In this document: piece by piece, positions 8,537-18,137 of the stretch
Layout: each line of letters starts with the position of its first letter
How positions within the stretch are numbered: position 1 is the first letter of the stretch
Source of the DNA: Nitrosospira multiformis ATCC 25196
Lineage (GTDB): Bacteria; Pseudomonadota; Gammaproteobacteria; Burkholderiales; Nitrosomonadaceae
Assembly: GCF_000196355.1 (NCBI RefSeq)
Contig: NC_007614.1
Location: forward strand, 720,001 to 752,000
DNA: 32,000 nt
Reading direction: 5' to 3'
Program-made: the position numbers and the translations under genes
Notes under the pieces: model-generated
Seen by the model: the letters and a program-made list of their open reading frames with translations, nothing else
What the model was told of the DNA's origin: nothing
The model's database searches: none

Positions 8537-10246
8537 TTAGCGGGAGAAGTATGCCTGATTGCGGCCAGCACGCTTGGCTTCATAAAGTGCATTGTCGGCG
8601 CGGGAGAATACTGCTGTCGTTGTGCTGTCGTCAGAGCGGCACTCCACCGCCCCGATACTCACCGTGATCGATATCGTCGATTTTCCGGCTGGATAGGTCA
8701 GTTTTTCCACATGCGTGCGGATGCGCTCAGCGGTTTTGACAGCCTGATCGATGTAGGTTTCGACCAGGATGATGATAAATTCATCGCCCCCGTAGCGCGC
8801 CGCATAATCAATACTGCGGATCGACTGGAGAAGGATTTGCGCAACCTTGGCCAGAATTTTGTCGCCGGTAATATGGCCGTATGTGTCATTGAGTGTCTTG
8901 AAGTGGTCGATATCCAGCATTAGCAGTGCAAAAGGCCGTTGCGTGCGTCTGAATCGCGCCAGTTGATCGGCCAGGATGGCATCAAGCTTGTTGCGATTAT
9001 AGAGGCCGGTGAGGCTATCGGTAATCGAGAGTTTTTCAAGCATCCGGTTTTGTTGTTGCATGGCTTCATGCGCAGCCATGATTTCGGCGTGGTTCCGTCG
9101 CAATCGGTCTGCCATCTGATCAAATACCTTCGTGAGGTGGCCGATCTCGTCATTCCGCGTTGCGGAAAGCCGCACTTCCAGGTCGCCATCCGCGATCCGG
9201 TCGGCTGCACGCATAAGACGTTGCAGCGGCACGACGATCGAGCGTCCCATTTGGAATGCCGCGGCGGCTACGATTAGAACCAGCATACCGACCAGTATCA
9301 GGAGCATATTGCGCAGTTCGATCCAGTCGCCATAGACGGCGGCCCGATCACGCTCCGCCAGAATGGTAAGGGGGAATTCATGGAATACATCTGCCAGACC
9401 GATTACTTCACGGCGTGTCAATCCCTTGAAGAACATGGATTCGCCGGGGCGTGCGAGAAGCTCGCGCAACGAGGGGCCATCGAGTTGCGCCATGGTTTCT
9501 CCTTCCGCCAAGGTGCCGATGAGCACACGGCCATCCGGATCCAGCAGAAATACCTCGCCCGGGGGTGATGTCGAAGAACTCTTCAAATGGGGCTGCAGGT
9601 TGCGCAGGTCAAGCACGGCTACCAGCGCCCCCATCAACACGTTGTCGTATGACAACACCGGAACCGCGACGCTGAGGGTCGCGGTGTTGTACTGCTCGTT
9701 CCAGTGAGGGGGTGTGATCACAAGACCTTCCGTGACCGAGTTTTGCGGCCACTCGTCGGGGAGCGTTGCTCCCGCGGGTTTTTCGGCACTGCTCGCGATA
9801 ATTTTTCCGGACGCGTTCATCACGGTCAATTCCCGTATCGCATCAAGCTTCCCCTGAACAGACTGCAGGTAACGCGCGAGGGCTCCTGGGTATTTGGCCA
9901 GCATATCCGCGCGGCGTTGATAAGATGCGGATAATGCTTCGATGACCGCTCCGGATGCTGCGGTAACGTGCGCTTCATGTGCACGCCTGTCGAGCCAGAA
10001 TTCCATTTCCCGGCCCGCATAATCCGTGAGCGCGCGAAGCTCGCGCGTGACGTTGGCATTGGTCTGCGCTTCACTCTGCCTGAATGTCAATAATCCGAGC
10101 CCCAGCGACGGGATCAGCGTAGCCAGGGTGGCGAACACCACGAGTTTGCTCTTAATACTCTTTAATCCGAGCCCCAGCGACGGAATCAGGCTAGCCACGG
10201 TGGCGAACACCACGAGTTTGCTCTTAATGCTCTTTAGAAGGGCCAT
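8537..10246 (-). CDS. membrane-bound diguanylate cyclase (extracytoplasmic sensor, HAMP, GGDEF)
   Basis: HAMP region (VPLQRLMRAADRIADGDLEVRLSATRNDEIGHLTKVFDQM) and an intact RYGGDEF. RSID lies five residues upstream, matching an RxxD I-site. Start may be at 10246 (MALLKSIKS) or 10276. Confidence 0.92.
   Translation of the reverse strand: MALLKSIKSKLVVFATVASLIPSLGLGLKSIKSKLVVFATLATLIPSLGLGLLTFRQSEAQTNANVTRELRALTDYAGREMEFWLDRRAHEAHVTAASGAVIEALSASYQRRADMLAKYPGALARYLQSVQGKLDAIRELTVMNASGKIIASSAEKPAGATLPDEWPQNSVTEGLVITPPHWNEQYNTATLSVAVPVLSYDNVLMGALVAVLDLRNLQPHLKSSSTSPPGEVFLLDPDGRVLIGTLAEGETMAQLDGPSLRELLARPGESMFFKGLTRREVIGLADVFHEFPLTILAERDRAAVYGDWIELRNMLLILVGMLVLIVAAAAFQMGRSIVVPLQRLMRAADRIADGDLEVRLSATRNDEIGHLTKVFDQMADRLRRNHAEIMAAHEAMQQQNRMLEKLSITDSLTGLYNRNKLDAILADQLARFRRTQRPFALLMLDIDHFKTLNDTYGHITGDKILAKVAQILLQSIRSIDYAARYGGDEFIIILVETYIDQAVKTAERIRTHVEKLTYPAGKSTISITVSIGAVECRSDDSTTTAVFSRADNALYEAKRAGRNQAYFSR
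10092..10235 (-). repeat. Tandem direct repeat, 2 x 72 bp, inside the diguanylate cyclase coding sequence
   Basis: 10092-10163 and 10164-10235 are near-identical (about 5 mismatches by eye). They encode LKSIKSKLVVFATVASLIPSLGLG and LKSIKSKLVVFATLATLIPSLGLG. Confidence 0.97.
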
Positions 10247-10433
10247 GGGACGGAGTTCCGGATAAAGGTTACTCAACGGATAAATACTGTCAGAATTTCA
10301 GCAGAATTATTCCGAGAAACAGCTTGAAATAAGGGCTGCAGATCGCTAAATCAATGCCCGGGAACGACGCGCAATTCTATATATCCCGTTCCCATCTCCA
10401 CCTGCTGAGAATGGGCCACTTTCCACCCCTGTC

Positions 10434-13400
10434 TTATGTGCCCAATTCGGTAAACAAGTCCATTATCCGCCTGACTCGTTCTCCCGCCTCCGGGATGCAC
10501 GTTTTTATTTTCAATCGATCAGGTCCGGAAAGCTGATAGTCGCGGCTACGCTGAAGAAGGGCGACAATCCTTGCCGCATCCACGGGAGGATTGGGCGTAA
10601 ATTGAACCTGAATGGATTCGCTGCTTGCCTCAACACGAATGATTCCCAGCGGCGCTGCAGCGATACGTAAACGGTGGCAATCGAGCAATGCCTTGACCGG
10701 ATCCGGTAATAGGCCGAAGCGGTCCGTCAATTCAATCTGCATTTCATCCAGTTGCTCATCGCTGGTGCAATTGGCCATGCGTTTGTACAGGATCAGCCGT
10801 TCATGTATATCACTGCAGTAATCCTCAGGCAGCAACGCGGGAACATGCAAGTTGATTTCGGTGGCAACCCCGAGGGGGTGTTGCATGTCGGGCTCCTTGC
10901 CTTCCTTCAGTGATCGCACGGCTGCTTCCAGCATATTGGCGTAGAGGGTGAAGCCGATTTCCTGCATCTCGCCGCTTTGGGATTCCCCAAGAACTTCGCC
11001 AGCGCCCCGAATCTCGAGATCGTGCATGGCGAGGTAGAAGCCGGCCCCCAGCTCTTCCATGGACTGAACAGCCTCCAGGCGCTTCCTGGCCTGAGTCCCC
11101 AATGCCTCCTCCTCCGGTACCAGCAGGTAGGCGTACGCCTGATGATGGGACCGTCCTACCCGCCCGCGCAGCTGATGCAGTTGCGCCAATCCGAACTTAT
11201 CCGCGCGATGAATGATAATGGTATTGGCAGTGGGCACATCGATGCCGGTTTCGATGATGGTTGTGCAGAGCAGCAGATTAAACCGTTGCTGGTAAAAATC
11301 TTTCATCACATGTTCCAGCTCGCGTTCCCGCATTTGTCCGTGGGCGATGCCTATTCGCGCTTCGGGCAGCAGGCGGGCGAGCTTGTCATGCATCGTCTGG
11401 ATGGTACTCACCTCGTTATGTAAAAAATATATCTGCCCACCCCGCTTCAATTCCCGCAGGCACGCCTCGCGGATGATTCCCTCGGAAAAACGGTTTACAA
11501 AGGTCTTGATGGCCAGCCGCCGTTGCGGCGCTGTTGCAATGACGGAGAAATCGCGCAGTCCCTCCAATGACAAGGCCAGGGTGCGGGGAATAGGCGTGGC
11601 GGTAAGGGTTAGGACATCCACTTCGGAGCGGAGGCTTTTCAGCTGTTCCTTATGGCGCACACCAAAACGGTGCTCCTCGTCGATGATGACCAGTCCCAGG
11701 TTTTTGAATCTGACGCCTTTCTGGATCAGTTTATGCGTACCGATCACGATGTCTATCTGCCCATCGGCGAGGCCCGCCAGCGCCTGGGCCTGCTCCTTGC
11801 CTGAACGGAAACGCGACAGCTCGGCAATTTTAACCGGCCATTCTTCCGCAATCAGGCCGAAACGGTCCGAAAAATTCTGGAAATGCTGTTCCGCCAGCAG
11901 CGTGGTAGGAACCAGTACCGCGACCTGTCTGCCATCCGCGACAGCGACAAAAGCCGCCCTTAGCGCCACCTCCGTTTTGCCAAAACCCACATCTCCGCAG
12001 ATGAGCCTGTCCATGGGGCGGGCAGAAGTCAGGTCATCGATTACCGCAGCGATGGCAGTCGCCTGATCCGGCGTCTCCTCGAATCCGAAACCTTCGACGA
12101 ACGCCTCGTAATCCTGCTCTTTCAGGCGAAATGCGTGGCCAACACGGGCGGCGCGCTGGGCATAGATGTTGAGCAGTTCGGCCGCGGTATCGCGTACCTG
12201 CTGCATCGCCTTGCGCTTGGCCTTATCCCACTGGCCGCTACCCAGTTTATGCAGGGGCGCGGATTCCGGTGAAGCGCCGCTGTATCGTCCGATAAGATGC
12301 AGTTGCGAGACAGGTACATACAATTTGTCACCACTGGCGTATTCCAGCGACAGAAACTCCGTTTCGCCTTCTCCCAGATCCATGCTGACGAGCCCGAGAT
12401 AACGGCCTATGCCGTGTTGTTCATGGACGACGGGATCGCCCGCCTTGATCTCGGACAGATCGCGCAGAACGGCATCGGCGACCGCGCTGGTTTTGCGCGA
12501 ATCCCGTTCACCCCGGCCGTGCAGGTGTCTGGCATAGAGCTCGCTTTCGGTTACAAAGGCTATTCCCTTTTCCGGGTATATGAAGCCGTTGTGCAGCGGC
12601 CCCACACCGAGCACGAAGGGGCTAGTGCTTGCGCGAAATTGCGCATAGTTGTCGCATATGTCGGGATTGAGCCTATACTGCTTCAAATGATCGGCAATCA
12701 ACTCACGCCTGCCCAGACTTTCGGCAAGGAGCAACGTTCTTCCCCCTCCGGAGGATTCGAATTCAGCAATAAAGGCAGAAAGTTTTTCCGCCGGATTCAC
12801 GGCGCGACGATCGATCTGAAGCGGAGGCAAAGGAATGCTCAAACCTTGCACCTCGGCTCCGCCGGTTTTCGTCGCCCGTTCTTCCGGTGGAATCTCGATG
12901 CGCGGGTAGGGTTTCAACGCCCCGAAGAATGCTTCCGTGGTAAGGAACAAGTCTGCGGGTTTCAGCAGCGGCCGGTCGCTATCGCCCCGCAGAAGCTGAT
13001 AGCGCGCCTGCGTGTCATGCCAGAAACTCTCTACCGTTTGGTAAAGTTCATGATGCAGGCACAACAGCGCTGTTTGCGGCAAATAATCGAACAGTGTCGC
13101 CGTATGCTCAAAAAAAAGAGGCAGATAGTATTCGATACCTGCGGGACTGCCACCCTTGCTGATATCCTTGTAAATGAGACTCCTGGAAGGATCTCCCTCG
13201 AATTTTTCACGGAATCTGCCTCGAAAGCGTGTACGGCCTTCCTCATCGAGAGGAAACTCGCGCGCCGGCAGTAATCGTATCTCGGTGACCGGATAAACGC
13301 TTCTCTGGGTATCGACGTCAAAGGTCCGGATGGTTTCGATTTCATTATCGAGCAGGTCGATCCTGTAGGGCAACGGGCTTCCCATCGGAAACAGGTCGAT

Positions 13401-13904
13401 CAGTCCCCCACGTACGCTGTATTCCCCCGGTGAAAGTACCTGGGTCACATGGCTGTAGCCAGCCAGGGTCATCTGGCTGCGCAAGGCGTTCAGGTCAAGG
13501 GTTTCGCCGCGAGCGAGAAAGAAAGTGTGTGCCGCCAGGTACTCGGGCGGTGGCATGCGGTACAGGGCCGTGGTGACAGGAACAATCAATATGTCGCAAG
13601 CGCCATTCATGAGTTGGTAGAGCGTTGCCAGTCTTTCGGAAACGAGGTCCTGATGCGGCGAAAAAGTATCGTAGGGCAACGTTTCCCAATCCGGCAGCAG
13701 CCGGGTTCTCAGTTCGGGTGCAAAAAAAGGTATTTCCTCCAGCAGTCTTTGAGCGGCCAAAGCGCTTGCCGTAATAATGGTAACGGGCTTTGCTTTTTTC
13801 GCCTCCAGCGCCAGTTGGGCGAGGGCAAGCGAGTCGGAGGATCCGTCAAAGTGACCGTAGCGAATAGTCGATCCGGATGAGGGAATGGTCAGCTTGAATG
13901 CCAT
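10434..13904 (-). CDS. mfd: transcription-repair coupling factor Mfd
   Basis: 1156-aa ORF with a CarD-like RNAP-interacting region (GDPVVHEQHGIGRYLGL), helicase motifs (DRLICGDVGFGKTEVALRAAFVA, IIDEEHRFGVRHKEQLK, LTATPIPRTL) and TRCF C-terminal domain. Confidence 0.98.
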   Translation of the reverse strand: MAFKLTIPSSGSTIRYGHFDGSSDSLALAQLALEAKKAKPVTIITASALAAQRLLEEIPFFAPELRTRLLPDWETLPYDTFSPHQDLVSERLATLYQLMNGACDILIVPVTTALYRMPPPEYLAAHTFFLARGETLDLNALRSQMTLAGYSHVTQVLSPGEYSVRGGLIDLFPMGSPLPYRIDLLDNEIETIRTFDVDTQRSVYPVTEIRLLPAREFPLDEEGRTRFRGRFREKFEGDPSRSLIYKDISKGGSPAGIEYYLPLFFEHTATLFDYLPQTALLCLHHELYQTVESFWHDTQARYQLLRGDSDRPLLKPADLFLTTEAFFGALKPYPRIEIPPEERATKTGGAEVQGLSIPLPPLQIDRRAVNPAEKLSAFIAEFESSGGGRTLLLAESLGRRELIADHLKQYRLNPDICDNYAQFRASTSPFVLGVGPLHNGFIYPEKGIAFVTESELYARHLHGRGERDSRKTSAVADAVLRDLSEIKAGDPVVHEQHGIGRYLGLVSMDLGEGETEFLSLEYASGDKLYVPVSQLHLIGRYSGASPESAPLHKLGSGQWDKAKRKAMQQVRDTAAELLNIYAQRAARVGHAFRLKEQDYEAFVEGFGFEETPDQATAIAAVIDDLTSARPMDRLICGDVGFGKTEVALRAAFVAVADGRQVAVLVPTTLLAEQHFQNFSDRFGLIAEEWPVKIAELSRFRSGKEQAQALAGLADGQIDIVIGTHKLIQKGVRFKNLGLVIIDEEHRFGVRHKEQLKSLRSEVDVLTLTATPIPRTLALSLEGLRDFSVIATAPQRRLAIKTFVNRFSEGIIREACLRELKRGGQIYFLHNEVSTIQTMHDKLARLLPEARIGIAHGQMRERELEHVMKDFYQQRFNLLLCTTIIETGIDVPTANTIIIHRADKFGLAQLHQLRGRVGRSHHQAYAYLLVPEEEALGTQARKRLEAVQSMEELGAGFYLAMHDLEIRGAGEVLGESQSGEMQEIGFTLYANMLEAAVRSLKEGKEPDMQHPLGVATEINLHVPALLPEDYCSDIHERLILYKRMANCTSDEQLDEMQIELTDRFGLLPDPVKALLDCHRLRIAAAPLGIIRVEASSESIQVQFTPNPPVDAARIVALLQRSRDYQLSGPDRLKIKTCIPEAGERVRRIMDLFTELGT

Positions 13905-14022
13905 TCTGTTTTAATTCGAGTCAGGTGGTTTTGATAAGTGACAGCAGGTAACAATAGGGTGAGTGCCGGGCGCGAAAAGTCAGTGGATTGTAATGAAACA
14001 GGAACTGGACAGTCCCCACGGA

Positions 14023-14060
14023 ATTCGACCGGGTCGCGGCCTCATGCTGGCCGGTCGAAT
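14023..14060. promoter_or_regulatory. Perfect 10-bp inverted repeat (ATTCGACCGG / CCGGTCGAAT) with 18-nt loop between recJ and mfd
   Basis: Read directly from sequence: arms at 14023-14032 and 14051-14060. Function unknown. Confidence 0.45.
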
Positions 14061-14128
14061 ATTATATGCCAGTCATGGAGCAGACATCCTGGGTAAACGC
14101 GGGCACGCGGAATGAGCGGGAATTGTGA

Positions 14129-15970
14129 TTACATCATGGTTGCTTCTGACCAATGCTCCAGGATGAATTGCAGGGAAACATCACTCTTGAAATCATTTAC
14201 CTGTAACCGGTAAACGGCATCTATTACCCCGGGAAGAGGACCGTCTTGGAGGAACAGTATGGCGTCATAAAGAAGGACCGGTTTCTCCGGCGGGTTGTTT
14301 CCGGCTGCGGGCCGCGCCTTTCTTAATTTCAATTTAAGGTGTTTTTGTCCGACGACACGCTGGTCTTCCACATGAAAGCGGCTGCGAAATGCAGGTTGCG
14401 GGAATCCCTGTCCCCATACCTGACGCACCAGCTGTTCCGCCAGTTCCAGAGTTATTTCGGATTCATCCAGGTCGCCGTCGGTTTCGATGACCCGCTTGAG
14501 ATCCGCCGGTCCCAGCAATTCCCTGGCAGTTTGTTCGAAGGCGGCACGGAATTTTTCGAAATCGCATGTACGAATAGTCAGCCCCGCTGCCGCGGAATGA
14601 CCGCCGAATTTAAGCAAAAGCCCGGGATAGCGTTTGGAAACCAGATCCAGCGCATCTCTCAAGTGAAAGCCCGGTATGGACCGCCCCGATCCTTTCAGCT
14701 CATCCTGGCCTCCCGGTGCAAATGTGATCACCGGGCGATGAAATTTATCCTTTATGCGTGACGCCAGTATGCCGATTACCCCTTGATGCCAGCCAGGATC
14801 GAAGAGGGTCAAGGCATAGGCGCTCGTCCCTTCTTGCGGGGAATCATGGGAGCGGAATACGCCTGACCTCTGAGGCATATCCGATGGCCGCAGCGTGGGC
14901 GAGTCCTGCAAACCACTGCTACCAGAAAAGATATTCTCCAGCATGTTCAGCGCACTATCCCGCATGTGGGATTCGATTTCCTGCCGCTTGCGATTGAATG
15001 TGTCCAGTTGTAGCGCAAGCTGGGCAGCACGCGGGGGATCATCGGTAATGAGGCACTCAATGCCCAGGGACATATCGTCCAGCCGTCCTGCCGCGTTCAG
15101 TCTCGGTCCAATCATGAAACCCAATTCGTAAGTGGAAGTTTGACTGAAATTACGGCAGGCGATGTTGATCAGAGCATTGATGCCTGCACATCCGCTGCCC
15201 TTGCGAATGCGTTTCAAACCTTGCTGTACCAGAAGCCGATTGTTGTCGTCGAGCTTCACGACATCTGCCACCGTGCCCAGCGCAACCAGATCCAGCAGGC
15301 TTCCCAGATTTGGTTCCTGCTGCGGAGATGCAAACATGCCTTTTGCCCGCAACTCCGCCCGCAGGGCGAGCATGACATAGAACATGACGCCTACACCAGA
15401 GAGGTGTTTGCTGGGAAAATCACAGCCGGGCTGGTTGGGATTGACGATGACGGCCGCCTCAGGCAGCGTATCGCCGGGAAGATGATGATCAGTGACGAGA
15501 ACCTGCATTCCGAGGCGATTGGCCTCGGCAACTCCTTCCACGCTGGCAATGCCATTATCGACCGTAATCAGAATATCCGGGCGGTGAACGCCGGCGGCAG
15601 CCACCCGTACGATCTCCGGGGTAAGTCCATAGCCGTACTCGAAGCGATTGGGAACGAGGTAGTCGACCTGGGCACCGAATTTCCTCAATGCGCGTATTCC
15701 TACGGCGCAAGCCGTGGCGCCATCAGAATCATAATCGGCTACGATCAGCAGGCGCTTGCGGAGCGCAATCGCCGTGGCAAGAAATTGCGCCATTGCCGTT
15801 GCATTCTTCAGGCGTGCAAAGGGAATCAGCCGGGACCAATCGATCTCGAGCTGGCCTGGCTCTTCGATACCGCGCGCAGAATAGACACGGGCCAGGACGG
15901 GGTGGAAACCGTGCCGGATCAGTGTATCAAAAGTCTGGTGAGGGTAATCGCGGACGATGATATTGGGCAT
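14129..15970 (-). CDS. recJ: single-stranded-DNA-specific exonuclease RecJ
   Basis: 613-aa ORF with DHH-family motifs: LLIVADYDSDGATACAVG, LVTDHHLPGDTLPEA, NPNQPGCDFPSKHLSGVGV, KFGGHSAAAGLTI. Confidence 0.97.
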   Translation of the reverse strand: MPNIIVRDYPHQTFDTLIRHGFHPVLARVYSARGIEEPGQLEIDWSRLIPFARLKNATAMAQFLATAIALRKRLLIVADYDSDGATACAVGIRALRKFGAQVDYLVPNRFEYGYGLTPEIVRVAAAGVHRPDILITVDNGIASVEGVAEANRLGMQVLVTDHHLPGDTLPEAAVIVNPNQPGCDFPSKHLSGVGVMFYVMLALRAELRAKGMFASPQQEPNLGSLLDLVALGTVADVVKLDDNNRLLVQQGLKRIRKGSGCAGINALINIACRNFSQTSTYELGFMIGPRLNAAGRLDDMSLGIECLITDDPPRAAQLALQLDTFNRKRQEIESHMRDSALNMLENIFSGSSGLQDSPTLRPSDMPQRSGVFRSHDSPQEGTSAYALTLFDPGWHQGVIGILASRIKDKFHRPVITFAPGGQDELKGSGRSIPGFHLRDALDLVSKRYPGLLLKFGGHSAAAGLTIRTCDFEKFRAAFEQTARELLGPADLKRVIETDGDLDESEITLELAEQLVRQVWGQGFPQPAFRSRFHVEDQRVVGQKHLKLKLRKARPAAGNNPPEKPVLLYDAILFLQDGPLPGVIDAVYRLQVNDFKSDVSLQFILEHWSEATMM

Positions 15971-16042
15971 GTCAGGGACAGAAGGCTCAGACTTGCCAGT
16001 ATAACGCTTTACGCTTCCCGGTTTCTTTACAGTGATGAGCGC

Positions 16043-17227
16043 TCAGAAATGATAGTGCGCTCCAATACCGAGATAATCCACCCGCTGCCTGAAAAACTGG
16101 CCCGTCGGGGAGTTTCCGTGAAAATACTCAACCAGGAACTGAAGATTGCGGCCGAATGCCCGGAAGTGATCCAGTTGAACACCTGCCCGCGCGGATACAT
16201 CGGCATTCCAGTCGTTCTGCTGATGGTTCTTGAGGTCAACCGCCACGATCGGTCGCAGCGGTAAAAACGCGATCCGCCACGGGCTGCGAAACTCGACGCC
16301 ATATTGTATCGACCAGGGCTTGATGTTCGAGGGTTCCTTGTGAAAGATTCCACCTCCACCCCCGTAAACCCTCAATCCATACGGAAGCTCATACGACAAT
16401 CTGAGATCGGCTCCCTCATAGCTGAGATTGATCCGCTGCAGGCTGGTTAATCTGCGCAGCAATAATTCGTCTCCAAGATGAGAGCTTTGATGATAGATAC
16501 GGCCGAAAGCAGAAAAATGGCCTGCCCGCACGCTTCCATAAGCGGATGCTATGAAATCGCTATTGATGAGATCGGACGAAGGCGCGCCGAGATTGAAGTC
16601 GCTGAAGACAGCAGCCTGAAGACCTGCTTCCCACTGCACAGTAGATTGTCCGAAATTCGCGCGGTAGAAGGGAATGGTTTCACCAAAACTGACAGCGGCA
16701 TTGTTATTTCCGTCAATATTGTTTCCGACATAGTTGCGATATGCGGCGGAGAAATGCGCCCAGCGCGGATCGGCCAGTAAAGGCTTGAACAAATGTCCTT
16801 CCGGCAGCATTCCGGTTGCCAGAACGGTGGGACCCGCCGCAGGTACGCCTGCGGTCTCGGTCGTTGCCGCTCCAGGCTCCCGAGAGATGGCGGAAGGGTG
16901 TTGAATAGGCTTGAATGCCTCGCGTTCTGCGATTCTGCTGACACTTTTTTCCGCTATGGTCACTCCGGTCACACCAGGGATTTTCGACAGTGCCTGAACA
17001 ACCTGCGCTTGGTTCTCGGATTTCAGTTTATCTTCAGGTACGGTAATGATGCCATCTTTCACCACCAGAGTCGGAATCTCCATTCCAAAGCCATGTTTCA
17101 GGACACCCGCCGCGTAACCGGCGATATAGGCATCCTCCGTTACCGCAGCATGGACAGTTGAGGTAAAAAACAACATGGCTGCGATGATATTCAGATAACG
17201 CACGGTTTCCCCTTTTTTGATATTCAA
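16043..17227 (-). CDS. DUF1207-like probable outer-membrane beta-barrel protein
   Basis: Signal peptide (MLFFTSTVHAAV), a BON-like segment (VPEDKLKSENQAQVVQALSKIPGVTGVTI), then LFKPLLADPRWAHFSAAYRNY...YGSVRAGHFSAFGRIYHQSSHLGDELLLR, typical of the DUF1207 family, with a terminal aromatic (YHF). Confidence 0.72.
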   Translation of the reverse strand: MNIKKGETVRYLNIIAAMLFFTSTVHAAVTEDAYIAGYAAGVLKHGFGMEIPTLVVKDGIITVPEDKLKSENQAQVVQALSKIPGVTGVTIAEKSVSRIAEREAFKPIQHPSAISREPGAATTETAGVPAAGPTVLATGMLPEGHLFKPLLADPRWAHFSAAYRNYVGNNIDGNNNAAVSFGETIPFYRANFGQSTVQWEAGLQAAVFSDFNLGAPSSDLINSDFIASAYGSVRAGHFSAFGRIYHQSSHLGDELLLRRLTSLQRINLSYEGADLRLSYELPYGLRVYGGGGGIFHKEPSNIKPWSIQYGVEFRSPWRIAFLPLRPIVAVDLKNHQQNDWNADVSARAGVQLDHFRAFGRNLQFLVEYFHGNSPTGQFFRQRVDYLGIGAHYHF

Positions 17228-17542
17228 TCAAGAACAGAATGTCACGTTTAGCCTTTCTGCTGCTTTGGGTGCTTCGCAACGGGCTCTTTGCCCGCTGGAG
17301 CGGTGTATAAGAAGAAGTAATGTGCTAAAAGCCCGGGAAGTAAAAAGACTTCGGGTTCCATTTTAAAACAGTGCTCACGTTGCCGCCCCTAGACTCCGCG
17401 CTCGATGAAGAGTCTGCGAACTGCGAGGACCGTGGAATGCTAGTGGAGAGCCACTGGCAAGTCCGTATGATTGCGCACACATCGGGCATTGAGATTGATT
17501 GTCCTCATTGCGCTTTTTCGAAATAGCTTGAGGATGCCCGGT

Positions 17543-17872
17543 ATGCAATGGGTTTTCCCTGTCTGTTGCAATTGTCAGTGAGGTGGTGGCAACCTCAGCC
17601 CTGAAATCCAGTAATGATTTCACGCAGTTCTGGCCATCAGTAGTTGTCGTGGCGGGCTATGCCGTTGCTTTCTTCTTTCTCTCCCTTGCCTTGCGCACCC
17701 TGTCTGTGGAATCGCATACCCTATCTGGCCTGGCGCCGGTATCATCCTCATATCGCTCGTCGCCTGGCCCTTTCCCGGGCAAGCGCTCGATGGTCCCGCC
17801 ATTCTGGGTCTCGCGCTCATTGTTGCCGGTGTCGTTATCCTGAACATATTTTCCAGATCCACCACTCATTGA
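17543..17872 (+). pseudogene. SMR-family (EmrE-like) small multidrug resistance transporter, disrupted by two compensating frameshifts
   Basis: The conceptual corrected product is MQWVF|[50 protein letters not shown]|[54 protein letters not shown] (109 aa). There is an apparent extra base near 17557-17560 and a missing base near 17706-17709. The conserved Glu of the AxxxE motif, the FTxxWPS block and the GIAYxIWxG block are all recognisable. Confidence 0.85.
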
Positions 17873-18137
17873 CAGCTGTTCCGGTTCGGGAAGGAAATCC
17901 TGCGGGAAACTCCGGAAAGGAAACCCCGGAAAGAAATACAGGCCCTAATTCTCCACTTGCCCGTTCGTCCACTTTATCGACGCTTTCTTCAGGCGGTGTA
18001 CCAACGTCCAATTGTTTTGGCAGCGGGAGTTGCTACGATTCGGTTCACCTGCCCGTCCGGTTTTTTACGGCCTCTCCAAGCGGCCATAACGGAATACGAG
18101 ACCGAACGGGGCATTGTGAGAATGGATCGGAGATCGA

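Noticed and set aside
12297-13274. 325-aa plus-strand ORF antisense to mfd
   Set aside because: The mfd frame is certain, and the antisense translation has no recognisable motifs.
15140-16264. 374-aa plus-strand ORF antisense to recJ
   Set aside because: The recJ frame has unmistakable DHH-family motifs. The antisense ORF looks like compositional mirror coding.
17881-17940. Loose ggaaac-ccggaa repeats upstream of the PEP-CTERM gene
   Set aside because: Short, imperfect and irregular. No consistent unit or spacing.
18018-18034. Possible sigma-54 -24/-12 promoter (TGGCAGCGGGAGTTGCT) upstream of the PEP-CTERM gene
   Set aside because: The GG-to-GC spacing is one base too long for the strict sigma-54 consensus, so it is not supported without mapped 5' ends.
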